Shown: positions 47,163-55,992 of the stretch, in pieces
How the letters are laid out: every line of letters begins with the position of its first letter
Position numbering within the stretch: the first letter of the stretch is position 1
Assembly (NCBI GenBank): GCA_965203465.1
Contig: CBDBCR010000003.1
Location: 96,001 to 160,000 of the forward strand
Reading direction: 5' to 3'
DNA length: 64,000 bases
Source: Nitrosopumilaceae archaeon
Lineage (GTDB): Archaea; Thermoproteota; Nitrososphaeria; Nitrososphaerales; Nitrosopumilaceae
Translations under genes and position numbers: made by a program
The notes under the pieces: model-generated
Databases searched by the model: none
The model's input: only the letters and a program-made list of their open reading frames with translations
What the model was told of the DNA's origin: nothing

Positions 47163-47839
47163 ACCCTGCGCCCGCGCTTGCCGCCCTTTTTGCGGGTCGT
47201 GTCGTGCGGTATCGGCGTGACGTCGTCTATCCTCCCTATCTCGAAGCCGCCCCGCGCGAGCGCCCTGATGGCGGCCTGCGCGCCGGGGCCCGGCACGCGC
47301 GAGCCCATGCCGCCGACGGCCCTGACGCGTATGTGGAAGCTGGTGAATCCCTTGGAGCGGGCCGCCTCGACTACGTGGTTTGCGGCCTTCATGGCCGCGA
47401 ACGGCGAGGATTCGTACCTGTCCGCGTTGACGTGTATGCCGCCGGAGCTTATCGAGACGGTCTCGGCGCCGGTAAGATCGGTCATGTGGATTATCGTGTT
47501 GTTGTAGCTGCTGTAGATGTGCGCGATGCCCCACTTTTTCTCCTCCTGCGGCTCGGCCGCCTGCGGGGCGCCCTCGACTATCTCGACGTCGGGTCTGTGC
47601 TGCTCTGCGGCTGCGGGCTCTTTGGGGGCCTCTGCGGCCGTCTCTTTGGCGGGTTCCCCCGCCGGTTCTGCGGCGGCTGGCTCTGGCGCTGAGGCTGCAG
47701 GCTCTTTGGGGGCCTCTGCAGGTGGCTCCTCTTTGGCAAGTTCCCCTGCCGGCTCTGAGGCTGCGGGCTCTTTGGGGGCCTCTGCGGCCGGCTCTTTGGG
47801 GGCCTCTGCTGCACGCTCCGTTCCGGGCTCGTCTGGCAC
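47159..47839 (-). CDS. rps11: 30S ribosomal protein S11 (uS11) with a repetitive acidic N-terminal extension
   Basis: [35 protein letters not shown]; four EAPKEPAA units; TTTTTAAA box upstream. Confidence 0.95.
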   Translation of the reverse strand: MPDEPGTERAAEAPKEPAAEAPKEPAASEPAGELAKEEPPAEAPKEPAASAPEPAAAEPAGEPAKETAAEAPKEPAAAEQHRPDVEIVEGAPQAAEPQEEKKWGIAHIYSSYNNTIIHMTDLTGAETVSISSGGIHVNADRYESSPFAAMKAANHVVEAARSKGFTSFHIRVRAVGGMGSRVPGPGAQAAIRALARGGFEIGRIDDVTPIPHDTTRKKGGKRGRRV

Positions 47840-47887
47840 GCGGCTCTGCCACGGCCGGGGTTTAAAAAACATTGAGAAGCTACTAAC

Positions 47888-49831
47888 GTGTAGACTCAGG
47901 TCGATTTGACTGCCGTGCCCAGGCCGCTCCGGCTTGGCATGCGCGGCGCCGTTGCGCGCGGGATCGGGCTCCGCTGCGCGGCGAAACGGCGCCGGGCCGC
48001 CGTCCGGCGGCGGATCGGCCCAACTACAGCCGGGGCCGGAGAACGGCCCCTGTTTGCGGCGCGCGTTCGCGCCCTGGGCGGATGCGGGTCAGGCGGCGGC
48101 GCCCGAAAAGACTGCCGGGCGCCGGGCCTGCGCGCCAAGGGGCGGCCCGGGGCCGTCTGCGTGCGCGAACATGTCCCAGTTCCGGTCGCGCGCCGTCATC
48201 CGCACGACGGTGGACGGCCAGACGCCGAGGTTCTCGGCCGTGCGGAACACCGTCGAAAAGACCGACATGCGCCTCATTCCGCCGTGGTTCTTCAGCTGCC
48301 GCCGCACCCGCCTCTCCCTGGCCGGCCCGGCGTGCAGCTCCTGCTCGGCGCGGTTGTTGTGGGGCGGCATGCCCGGGTGCTTTAGGAAAGTGAACATCGT
48401 CGGCAGCGATTTCGTCAGGGCGGTGTTGATCTCGTGGCCCTCCCCGTACATGTCGGCGATCGCCCGCACCTGCCCCTCCAGTTTGGCTATGGCCTCGGGG
48501 GGCGCGGTGTCCATGTACTTTATGTTGAAGTATATGCCGAGCAGGAGCAGGTACGGGATCAAGTCCGACCCCTTGCCGGACCGCACGGCGCATTTCTCGG
48601 CGCGGCGCAGTATGTGGATCAGGCACGACTGCCTCACCGGCAGGTACGCGTACACGGCGTACTCGTCGGTTATGGACGGGATGTCGTGCATGCCGGAAAA
48701 AAAGACATCCAGGACGGCCCGCGCCCTGCTGCCCGCCACGACGATGAATACCGCCGGCCCCCAGCAGACCAGCCACACGTACCCGATCTTGCCGGCGATT
48801 ATGATGGGCATCTCGTCGCGGTGGACGTACGTGGCGTGCTTGATTATGTAGTCGCGCACGAGCAGCGCCAGCTTTTCCAAGAGCTCGGTCAGCGCCGTGC
48901 GCGCCGAGAGCGCGGAGTTGGGGCAGACGCGCAGGCCGTGCAGCCTCTCCAGAAAGCGCGATATTGCCCTGTCGGTGGCGTGTTCGGCCGCGTATTCGGC
49001 CACGATTCCGAGCATGCGCGGGCCCATGTGCGTCCCCCTTATCGACGGAGAGTCGGCCACCACTATCTTCCTGCACCTGCAGCACCACGCCCTCTCGGCC
49101 GCGACCGCGACCGTCTTGCCCTGCTCCACCAGAAGCTTTACGCTCGGGCGCTCGGCCGACAGGCTCCCGGCGCTTCCGCACAGGGGGCACGCGTCCAGTC
49201 CGTACCGCGCGACCTCGTCGGCCTTGCGGCTGTGCGATATTCCCTTGTGCCCCACCGGCGGGCCGATCCGCCTGGTTCCGGCCTGCTTGTCGTACGTCCC
49301 GTGCTTTTTGCGGAACTCGGCGCGCTTGCGGTTGTAGTCCTTGGCGCTCGGGTTGTTGTGGTTGTCGTACATGTCCAGCTTTCTGTTGGCCTCTTTCAGC
49401 TGGCTTCTGAGCTCCTTTACCAGGTCGCTTTCCGGCTGCTGCGCGTCCTTGCCCTGCCCGCCCGCGCAGCGGGGGCAGGGTCCGGCGTTCTGCGCGGCCG
49501 AGTTCAGCTTCAGCTCCGCTATCTCGCGCTCGTACGCCAGAAACTGCGCTTCCGCGTAGTCCTTGTACCCGGCGTGATCCTTCTCGATCTGATCTTTCTC
49601 CCGCACGGCCTTGACCAGCTCCCTGCGCACTATCGTGGTTTCCGAGTCCGGCACGGCCTGCCCCGGATCCGGAGATCAATAAACCCATACGGTCAAAAAA
49701 ATTACAGCTTTGAAGTGCTGAAAATTGACCCGGCAGGCCCCCGGCGGCCCGAAACGCCGCCGGAACCCCCTCCGACGGCCTCCCGTGCCGGTATCCTCAG
49801 GCACGGCCTCTAAGTCGACCTGAGTCTACAC
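47888..49831 (-). mobile_element. IS66-like element with atypical GTGTAG ends
   Basis: TIR GTGTAGACTCAGGTCGA / TCGACCTGAGTCTACAC; GCTACTAAC at 47879-47887 and 49832-49840. Confidence 0.9.
48089..49654 (-). CDS. IS66-family transposase
   Basis: GPPVGHKG, CPLCG, HRDE, ITDEY, QSCLIHILR, HNNRAEQEL. Confidence 0.9.
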   Translation of the reverse strand: MPDSETTIVRRELVKAVREKDQIEKDHAGYKDYAEAQFLAYEREIAELKLNSAAQNAGPCPRCAGGQGKDAQQPESDLVKELRSQLKEANRKLDMYDNHNNPSAKDYNRKRAEFRKKHGTYDKQAGTRRIGPPVGHKGISHSRKADEVARYGLDACPLCGSAGSLSAERPSVKLLVEQGKTVAVAAERAWCCRCRKIVVADSPSIRGTHMGPRMLGIVAEYAAEHATDRAISRFLERLHGLRVCPNSALSARTALTELLEKLALLVRDYIIKHATYVHRDEMPIIIAGKIGYVWLVCWGPAVFIVVAGSRARAVLDVFFSGMHDIPSITDEYAVYAYLPVRQSCLIHILRRAEKCAVRSGKGSDLIPYLLLLGIYFNIKYMDTAPPEAIAKLEGQVRAIADMYGEGHEINTALTKSLPTMFTFLKHPGMPPHNNRAEQELHAGPARERRVRRQLKNHGGMRRMSVFSTVFRTAENLGVWPSTVVRMTARDRNWDMFAHADGPGPPLGAQARRPAVFSGAAA

Positions 49832-49871
49832 GCTACTAACTTATACCCGCGCGGCCGCCGACTCTTCGAGG

Positions 49872-50099
49872 ATGCACATAGGGTACGTGTTGCTCAACTG
49901 CGATCTCGGGGCCGAGGAATACGTGGTCGAGGAGCTGGGGCGCATGCCGCAGGTGAGGCACGCGTACCTGACGTTCGGCGCCTACGACGTGGTGGCCGAA
50001 GTCCACGCGGGCGAGCAGGACGAGTTTGAGCAGGTCGTCGCAAAGATCCGCAGGCTCTCGAGGGTGGTCAGCACCATGACGCTCAACGTGGTAAGCTAG
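49872..50099 (+). CDS. Lrp/AsnC ligand-binding domain protein
   Basis: YVLLNC..G.E, TFGAYDVV, IRRLSRV.STMTL. Confidence 0.85.
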   Translation: MHIGYVLLNCDLGAEEYVVEELGRMPQVRHAYLTFGAYDVVAEVHAGEQDEFEQVVAKIRRLSRVVSTMTLNVVS

Positions 50100-51997
50100 G
50101 ACAGGCCGTCGGATTCGAACGACAGCACGCCGATCTCGAACGGGTGGTCGGTTATGGCCTCGCGGGCAGAACCGTCGCCCTTTAGCTGCCAGTCGAACCA
50201 CGCCGTCATGAAGTAGTTGCGCATCTGGTGGGGCAGGTACACGTCCCCGCCGTCGTCGCGCACCCAGGAAAGCGCCCGGTACTTTTCGGGCGCAGAGTCG
50301 GCCGAGAACGGCACGCGCGTGCCCTCCGCCTCGGCGCCGGGCGACCGCGACGCAAACACGTTGTCCACTAGGTTGTCGTGCCCCTGGTCGCGGAACGTGA
50401 GGAGCACCTTTGCGTCCTGGGCGCGCTCGTACGCGGACGCCGCCACCGGCTGCGGGTTGTCCGGCGACGGGCGCACGCTCTCGGACGGCAACGGGAACGT
50501 GTCGCTTACGTCGCCGCCGGCGATCTGGTACCACCGGAGGTGCAGCTCTGAAAAGACGGTGTATATGAAAAAGTCGTCGGAGCCTATAACGAGCATGACC
50601 GGCTTGGGGACGCCGGCCGGAGGGCTCGCGCCCATGTCCGGCAGCCCGCCGAACGGCTCCCAGCGCTTGGGCATGCCGTTGTTGAACCCTATCGCCGTGT
50701 CCACTTCGGGTATGAACGTAAGCGCCGACTGCGCGGTCATGGAGCCGAGCGAGTGGCCCATGACGCCGACGCTCTCCGAGTCTATGGCGCCTTCCAGAAA
50801 CCCGCACAAGTCCCCGCCGTCGCCAAGCTCCTCGCGGCACTGATCGGCCGGGCCGCCGAGCAGCGCCATGGTCCGGATCACCGCCTCCACGTCGCCGGTG
50901 CGCTGCTCGAACAGGTCACCCATAGTCTTGCCAGAGTCTATCCCGCCCCCCGGCACGGCCGTCAGGGACGACGGATCGGGCATGCTGCCCTCGGTGAACT
51001 GCTCCGAAGAGCCGTACATCTTTGCAAGGAAATTGGCAAAGACTGCCGCGGGCCCGGCCTGGGCGCGCAGGCGGTACGCCTCGTCTATGTCGGCCTTGTC
51101 GGCGGATGCCGCAAACGGCGAATTCGGATCCTCCAAGAACGGGGTGGAGCCGCTGTCCGAGGTGTGCGCCAGCGTCACGGCCACGTAGCCTTGGCTTGCG
51201 AGGTACTCGGCGGCCTGATTCCACGTGAACAGCCCGCCGCCCAGCCCGTGGGCCATCACGACCAGCGGAAAGCTACCCTCGGCCGGCTCGGCTCCGACGA
51301 AACTCTGGTACTGATCAGACGGTTTCAGCATTATCTGGGCGGCGCCGGCGGCCAGTTCTTCGTTGCCCATGTACAGATCCGTCACCGTGGAGCGCACCCC
51401 GTCGGCGGCTGCTAGCAGGGGCGACGGGTGGAACGCCTCCCGCTCGACGTAGCCCTCCCCGGGGACGGCCGGGTAGTATATCATGGTCGGAACGGTGCTG
51501 CGCTGACCGCTCGCGTCTATCTTTTCAAGCAGCTTGCGGTACTCTTCGCTCTTGTACACGCCCCCCCACTGGTCGAACGGCCTTTCCTCGTCCGTGACAA
51601 AGTTGGACACCACGCCGACCGCGAACGGCCCGGGCGAATACGCCCCCGATATGGCGGCGCCCTCAAGATCGGCCGTCTCGGTGTCCGTCATGGCCGCGCC
51701 CTTCTCGGCCGAGGCGCTGTCGGCAACCTCCGTCTGGGTCGAGGCGGCGCCCGGCGCGGCCTCGGAGGCCTCGCGCTCCAGCGACCAGCCGCGCGCCGAG
51801 AGCGCGTCCACGGAAGACTGAGTCACGCACGCCGGATCCGAGGGCGCCCTGATCATCAGGGCGAGCCCCGCGGCGCACTGCACGTCTTTGGCATCGACTC
51901 CGTCGCGCAGCTGCTGCAGCGGGCTCGCGTGCATGTCCGCAAACGCCGCGGCGGCCGGGACGCACGCGGCTAGTGCCAAAACTGCCAAGGCTTTCAA
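50096..51997 (-). CDS. Secreted alpha/beta hydrolase (PAF-acetylhydrolase-like)
   Basis: Signal peptide, SPLQQ..C..ACV..RGW module, FPLVVMAHGLGG, GHSLG nucleophile elbow, DQGH. Confidence 0.85.
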   Translation of the reverse strand: MKALAVLALAACVPAAAAFADMHASPLQQLRDGVDAKDVQCAAGLALMIRAPSDPACVTQSSVDALSARGWSLEREASEAAPGAASTQTEVADSASAEKGAAMTDTETADLEGAAISGAYSPGPFAVGVVSNFVTDEERPFDQWGGVYKSEEYRKLLEKIDASGQRSTVPTMIYYPAVPGEGYVEREAFHPSPLLAAADGVRSTVTDLYMGNEELAAGAAQIMLKPSDQYQSFVGAEPAEGSFPLVVMAHGLGGGLFTWNQAAEYLASQGYVAVTLAHTSDSGSTPFLEDPNSPFAASADKADIDEAYRLRAQAGPAAVFANFLAKMYGSSEQFTEGSMPDPSSLTAVPGGGIDSGKTMGDLFEQRTGDVEAVIRTMALLGGPADQCREELGDGGDLCGFLEGAIDSESVGVMGHSLGSMTAQSALTFIPEVDTAIGFNNGMPKRWEPFGGLPDMGASPPAGVPKPVMLVIGSDDFFIYTVFSELHLRWYQIAGGDVSDTFPLPSESVRPSPDNPQPVAASAYERAQDAKVLLTFRDQGHDNLVDNVFASRSPGAEAEGTRVPFSADSAPEKYRALSWVRDDGGDVYLPHQMRNYFMTAWFDWQLKGDGSAREAITDHPFEIGVLSFESDGLS

Positions 51998-52390
51998 CGC
52001 ACGCGCGCACCCGATCTCGTTTTAAAAGTCGTACGGTTGCTGGTGCCAAAGGCCAGGGCCTCCGCCCGCACGCCGATCCGCGCACGCGTCGCCTGGCGGC
52101 CGAGGTTGCAACCGGCCCCCGTCCGGCGCCTCCCGCCGCTCCGAAGGCGCGGCGGGCGTTGCGCGGATGCCCCGGCCTCCGGGCCTCGCCGAGCGCAGGA
52201 TCCCGGCGGACGGAACCTGTGCCAGGGCGCCCGGACGCGGCTGGCAAAAAGCATTCCCAGCAGCCGCGGCGGCCCGGGATCGGATGCGCGTCTTCGCGTA
52301 AGCGGTCAGGTCGTGGGATAGCCTAGTCACGAAAAAGCGCCGCAGGCGGATCTGGCCGTGCCTAAATGCCAGACCCGACCGGCTACGTCT

Positions 52391-52506
52391 TCGCGCGAGG
52401 CTTTGTTCGGTAATTCTGCGATCCGTGCTTGGGCGGAGCCGTTTTTTACCGATCCGGCTACTGCGCAGGCACGAAAATACGAATTGTCGAACAGAGCCTC
52501 GCGCGA
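52391..52506 (+). ncRNA. Candidate structured RNA: long hairpin with G:U-compatible stems
   Basis: 26-bp outer stem (52391-52416 with 52481-52506) whose three non-Watson-Crick positions are all G:U on the + strand; inner stem 52424-52441 with 52455-52473. Confidence 0.45.
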
Positions 52507-52563
52507 CCACGGTTTATTAATGGCATTCTGGGCCTTTCCCACAGGAGATAACGGCGGAAAGCG

Positions 52564-54174
52564 ATGGCTTTTTGCCGTTGCAGGACAGGTGAAAAAGGTA
52601 CGGCGAATTTCGAGTCACTGGGGGTAGAGGCACCCATACTGAAGGCCCTCGTAAAGATGGGCTTTGAGGAGACTTTCCCCATACAAGAAGCCACCATACC
52701 CGTGCTACTCTCCGGCAGGGACGTAGTCGGCCAAGCCCACACCGGCTCGGGCAAGACGGCCGCGTTCGGCATATCGATGCTGCAGAACACAAAGCAGGGC
52801 GGCGGCATACAGGGGCTGGTGGTGGCCCCCACGCGCGAGCTGGCCATGCAGATATCCGAAGAGATCAAAAAGTTCGGCAGGTTCACCGGGATCAAGGTGG
52901 CCACCATCTACGGGGGGCAGAACATGGGCATACAGATGGACGCGCTCCAGACCGACCCCGAGATAATAGTGGCTACGCCGGGCAGGCTCATAGACCACCT
53001 GGAGCGCGGATCCATAAGGCTCGACAGAATATCCCAGGTGGTGCTAGACGAGGCCGACACCATGCTCGACATGGGCTTCATAGACGACATAAAGACGATA
53101 CTGGAGCAGACGCCCGACGAAAAGACCATGTCGCTCTTTTCCGCCACCATGCCCGTGGACATACTCAGGCTTGCAGAAGAGTACCTCCGCGACGCAAAGC
53201 AGTTCCTCCTGGACGCCGACGACCTGAGCGGCGAGGGCATAGACCAGTCGTTTCTGGTGCTGCGCGACAGGGAAAAGCCAAAGTACCTCTTCCAGTTCAT
53301 CGAGGAGAACAAGGGCGGCCAGTGCATCGTGTTCTGCTCTACAAAGTACAGGACGCGCGACGTTGCCAGGCTGCTCGGCAAGGACTACAACTCTGTCGTG
53401 ATCGAGGGCGACATGACCCAGCACAGGCGCGAGATATCCATGTCAAAGTTCCGCCAGGGCAAGGCCGACATACTGGTGGCCACCGACGTGGCCTCGCGCG
53501 GCATAGACGTGCCCAAGGTTGCCTTGGTGGTCAACTACGACGTGCCCAACCAAGACATGACGTACTTTCACCGCATAGGCAGGACGGCCAGGGCCGGCGC
53601 CAAGGGCCGCGCCATAACGCTGGTCTCGTATTCGTCGGTGGGCGACTTTAACATGATAAAGCGGCAGATAAAGACGGACCTGCGCGACCTAAACGAGGAG
53701 ATGGGCGTCGAGGTCTCCATACCCGACCCGCTAAAGCGCGAGGTGCGCCCCAGGCGGTACGGAAGCCAGAGGCCCGGCGGCGGGTTCGGCAGATCCGGCG
53801 GAAGGGGCTTCGGGAGGCCGGGTGGGCGCGACTCCGAGCGCGGGCATGGCAGGGGCTTTGGAAGATCCGGGGGCCGCGGCTTCGGGAGGCCGGGCGGGCG
53901 CGACTCCGGCAGGGACGGGGGCCGCGGCTTTGGCAGGCCCGGCGGGCGCGACTCCGGCAGGGACGGCGGCAGTGGTTTCGGACGGCCCGGCGGCAGAGGT
54001 TTCGGCAGGCCCGGCGGGCGCGACTCCGGCAGGGACGGGGGCCGCGGCTTTGGCAGGCCCGGCGGGCGCGACTCCGGCAGGGACGGGGGCCGCGGCGGAT
54101 CCGGCGGCAGAGGTTTCGGCAGGCCCGGCGGGCGCGACTCCGGCAGGGACGGCGGCAGGTTCAGGGACCGCTAG
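52564..54174 (+). CDS. DEAD-box RNA helicase (DeaD/CsdA-like) with a Gly/Arg repeat tail
   Basis: Q-motif, AHTGSGKT, PTRELA, TPGRL, DEAD, SAT, ASRGID, HRIGRTAR; the true start may be ACG at 52600. Confidence 0.95.
   Translation: MAFCRCRTGEKGTANFESLGVEAPILKALVKMGFEETFPIQEATIPVLLSGRDVVGQAHTGSGKTAAFGISMLQNTKQGGGIQGLVVAPTRELAMQISEEIKKFGRFTGIKVATIYGGQNMGIQMDALQTDPEIIVATPGRLIDHLERGSIRLDRISQVVLDEADTMLDMGFIDDIKTILEQTPDEKTMSLFSATMPVDILRLAEEYLRDAKQFLLDADDLSGEGIDQSFLVLRDREKPKYLFQFIEENKGGQCIVFCSTKYRTRDVARLLGKDYNSVVIEGDMTQHRREISMSKFRQGKADILVATDVASRGIDVPKVALVVNYDVPNQDMTYFHRIGRTARAGAKGRAITLVSYSSVGDFNMIKRQIKTDLRDLNEEMGVEVSIPDPLKREVRPRRYGSQRPGGGFGRSGGRGFGRPGGRDSERGHGRGFGRSGGRGFGRPGGRDSGRDGGRGFGRPGGRDSGRDGGSGFGRPGGRGFGRPGGRDSGRDGGRGFGRPGGRDSGRDGGRGGSGGRGFGRPGGRDSGRDGGRFRDR
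53770..54170. repeat. Imperfect tandem repeats encoding GGRGFGRPGGRDSGRD
   Basis: Several near-identical GGCAGGCCCGGCGGGCGCGACTCCGGCAGGGACGG units. Confidence 0.85.
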
Positions 54175-54649
54175 GCTCCGGTATCCCCTTTTTGGCGCGC
54201 TCGAACTTGCCCAGCGCGGCTGTCTCTAGCTCGAAGGCGTCCTGCAGCAGCGCGTCGGATCTGATCAGGTGCTCCTCGCCGCCCCCCTCCAGCCACAGCA
54301 CGTATTCGCGGTCGCTTTCGAGTTGCGACTGCGCCGACATGCGGAACAGATCCACAGACGGCCCGAAGCCGGGCGGCGGGCTCAGCTCCGAGTACCTTTC
54401 GACCAGCGAGGCCATGCCAGAGAGGTGCTCGTCTGCAAGGCGGGCGGCCTCTCCGCCATCCCTGCTGTCCCAGCCCGACGACAGGTCCGAAAAGCGATCC
54501 TGCATGGACCTCAGATCGTCCTGTATGAGCGACAGGTCGGTGCCGAACTTCATGCCCGCCTGCCTCGTTTGCTCGGCCGAATACGCCTGCCAGAGGGCCG
54601 CGGCCGCGAGGGCGGCCGCCACCGCCAGTACGACCAGGGCGCGCCTCAA
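54161..54649 (-). CDS. Hypothetical membrane-anchored protein
   Basis: N-terminal hydrophobic helix and helical body. Confidence 0.7.
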   Translation of the reverse strand: MRRALVVLAVAAALAAAALWQAYSAEQTRQAGMKFGTDLSLIQDDLRSMQDRFSDLSSGWDSRDGGEAARLADEHLSGMASLVERYSELSPPPGFGPSVDLFRMSAQSQLESDREYVLWLEGGGEEHLIRSDALLQDAFELETAALGKFERAKKGIPEPSGP

Positions 54650-54682
54650 CGGTGCCGCCGCGCGCGCGCCCCTTATTGGTCT

Positions 54683-54970
54683 TTAATCCCGGTAGTTGCC
54701 TTCCGCGTCCGTCTTTAGCTCGATGGTCATGAGCGTGCCGCTGATGAACGACTCGTTGCGCACGGTGCGGACGCGGCCCACGTCCAAGTGGTACGGCCAG
54801 ATCTCGACGACCACCGAGCCGACCCGTATCCCGGACGGGGCGTCGGTGATCTCTATGTCCTTTTCGTCGACCCCGTGCTCGCGCAGCTTGCGCACGGCGT
54901 GCTCGACTAGCGGCTCGGGGTTGTTGTGGTTTATCGCGTACACGGTGCCCTCGTACTCTATGCGCTCCAC
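54683..54970 (-). CDS. Hypothetical protein
   Basis: 95-aa ORF with TATAA upstream. Confidence 0.7.
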   Translation of the reverse strand: MERIEYEGTVYAINHNNPEPLVEHAVRKLREHGVDEKDIEITDAPSGIRVGSVVVEIWPYHLDVGRVRTVRNESFISGTLMTIELKTDAEGNYRD

Positions 54971-55011
54971 CGTGCAAGGCGGCCGGCGGCCCGCTTATAG
55001 GTGTGGCGAAG

Positions 55012-55085
55012 AGCCAATGGCGGGATCCGAACCCGCGACCTTCCGCTTACAAGGCGAGTGCTCTGCCAGGCTGAGCTACATTGGC
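55012..55085 (-). tRNA. tRNA-Thr (TGT)
   Basis: Reverse complement GCCAATGTAGCTCAGCCTGGCAGAGCACTCGCCTTGTAAGCGGAAGGTCGCGGGTTCGGATCCCGCCATTGGCT. Confidence 0.95.
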
Positions 55086-55166
55086 GCGGTACGCGCGCGC
55101 GGGCAGAGGCGTTTAAAGTGTTGCCGGGCGCGGGTTTTTAATAGGCGCCCCCCGCGGCGCCCCGCG

Positions 55167-55400
55167 TTGTTCAAGCTGCGGTACGTCGAGCCGTTCAGGC
55201 TCAAGGTGATAATGGCCATGTTCTTCGGGACCGGCTCGGTCGGCATATTCCTGGGCCTGTCAAACGGCGCCTTTTACCTGACGGCCTTGGGCACGCTGAA
55301 CCTGTGCCTCGGCGGCCTCTTCGGGTGGATATTCTTCACCCAGGAGCCGCGCGGCCAGAGGCGCCGGCCCAACTCGCGCAAAAAAGACGGGCGGGAGTAG
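55167..55400 (+). CDS. Small two-TM hypothetical protein
   Basis: TTG start after a TTTTTAATA box; two hydrophobic segments and a basic tail. Confidence 0.65.
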   Translation: MFKLRYVEPFRLKVIMAMFFGTGSVGIFLGLSNGAFYLTALGTLNLCLGGLFGWIFFTQEPRGQRRRPNSRKKDGRE

Positions 55401-55443
55401 GCCGGCCAATCTATAAATAATTACTTGCGCGCGCCAGCGCGCC

Positions 55444-55992
55444 TTGGATCTGGTCGCCAAAAAGATCTTCCTCACCCGCGGCAGGGGAGTCCACGAGGAC
55501 AGGCTGACAAGCTTCGAGTACGCGCTGCGCGACGCTGGCATAGCCGGCACCAACCTGGTCCTGATATCGAGCATATTCCCCCCAAAGGCGCGCCTCGTCC
55601 CCAAGACGGCCGGCCTCAAGGAGATAAAGCCCGGCCAGATACTGTTCACCATCTATTCAAAGAACCAGACAGACGAGCCGCACCGGCTCTGCGGCGCGTC
55701 TGTCGGCGTGGCGCGCCCCTCGGACACGTCGCGCTACGGGTACCTCTCAGAGTACGACTCTTTCGGCAAGAACGAGCGACAGGCCGGCGACTACGCCGAG
55801 GACATCGCGGCCCAGATGCTCGCCTCGTCGCTGGGCATACCCTTCGACGTGGACAAGAACTGGGACGAAAAGCGCCAGCAGTGGAACGTCTCGGGCCAGA
55901 TATACAAGACTCAGAACATCACGCAGACCGCAAAGGGCGACAAGGACGGCAGGTGGACGACCGTCTTTGCCGCCGCGGTCCTACTTTTTTGA
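55444..55992 (+). CDS. pdaD: Pyruvoyl-dependent arginine decarboxylase
   Basis: SFEYALRDAGI, NLVLISSIFPP self-cleavage site, YGYLSE. Confidence 0.9.
   Translation: MDLVAKKIFLTRGRGVHEDRLTSFEYALRDAGIAGTNLVLISSIFPPKARLVPKTAGLKEIKPGQILFTIYSKNQTDEPHRLCGASVGVARPSDTSRYGYLSEYDSFGKNERQAGDYAEDIAAQMLASSLGIPFDVDKNWDEKRQQWNVSGQIYKTQNITQTAKGDKDGRWTTVFAAAVLLF

Noticed and set aside
52285-52506. SRP RNA or RNase P RNA
   Set aside because: Lacks the SRP helix-8 GGAA-loop motif and the RNase P GAGGAAAGUCC-type conserved core.
53770-54170. Possible CRISPR-like or mobile repeat
   Set aside because: In-frame low-complexity RG-rich helicase tail without unique spacers.
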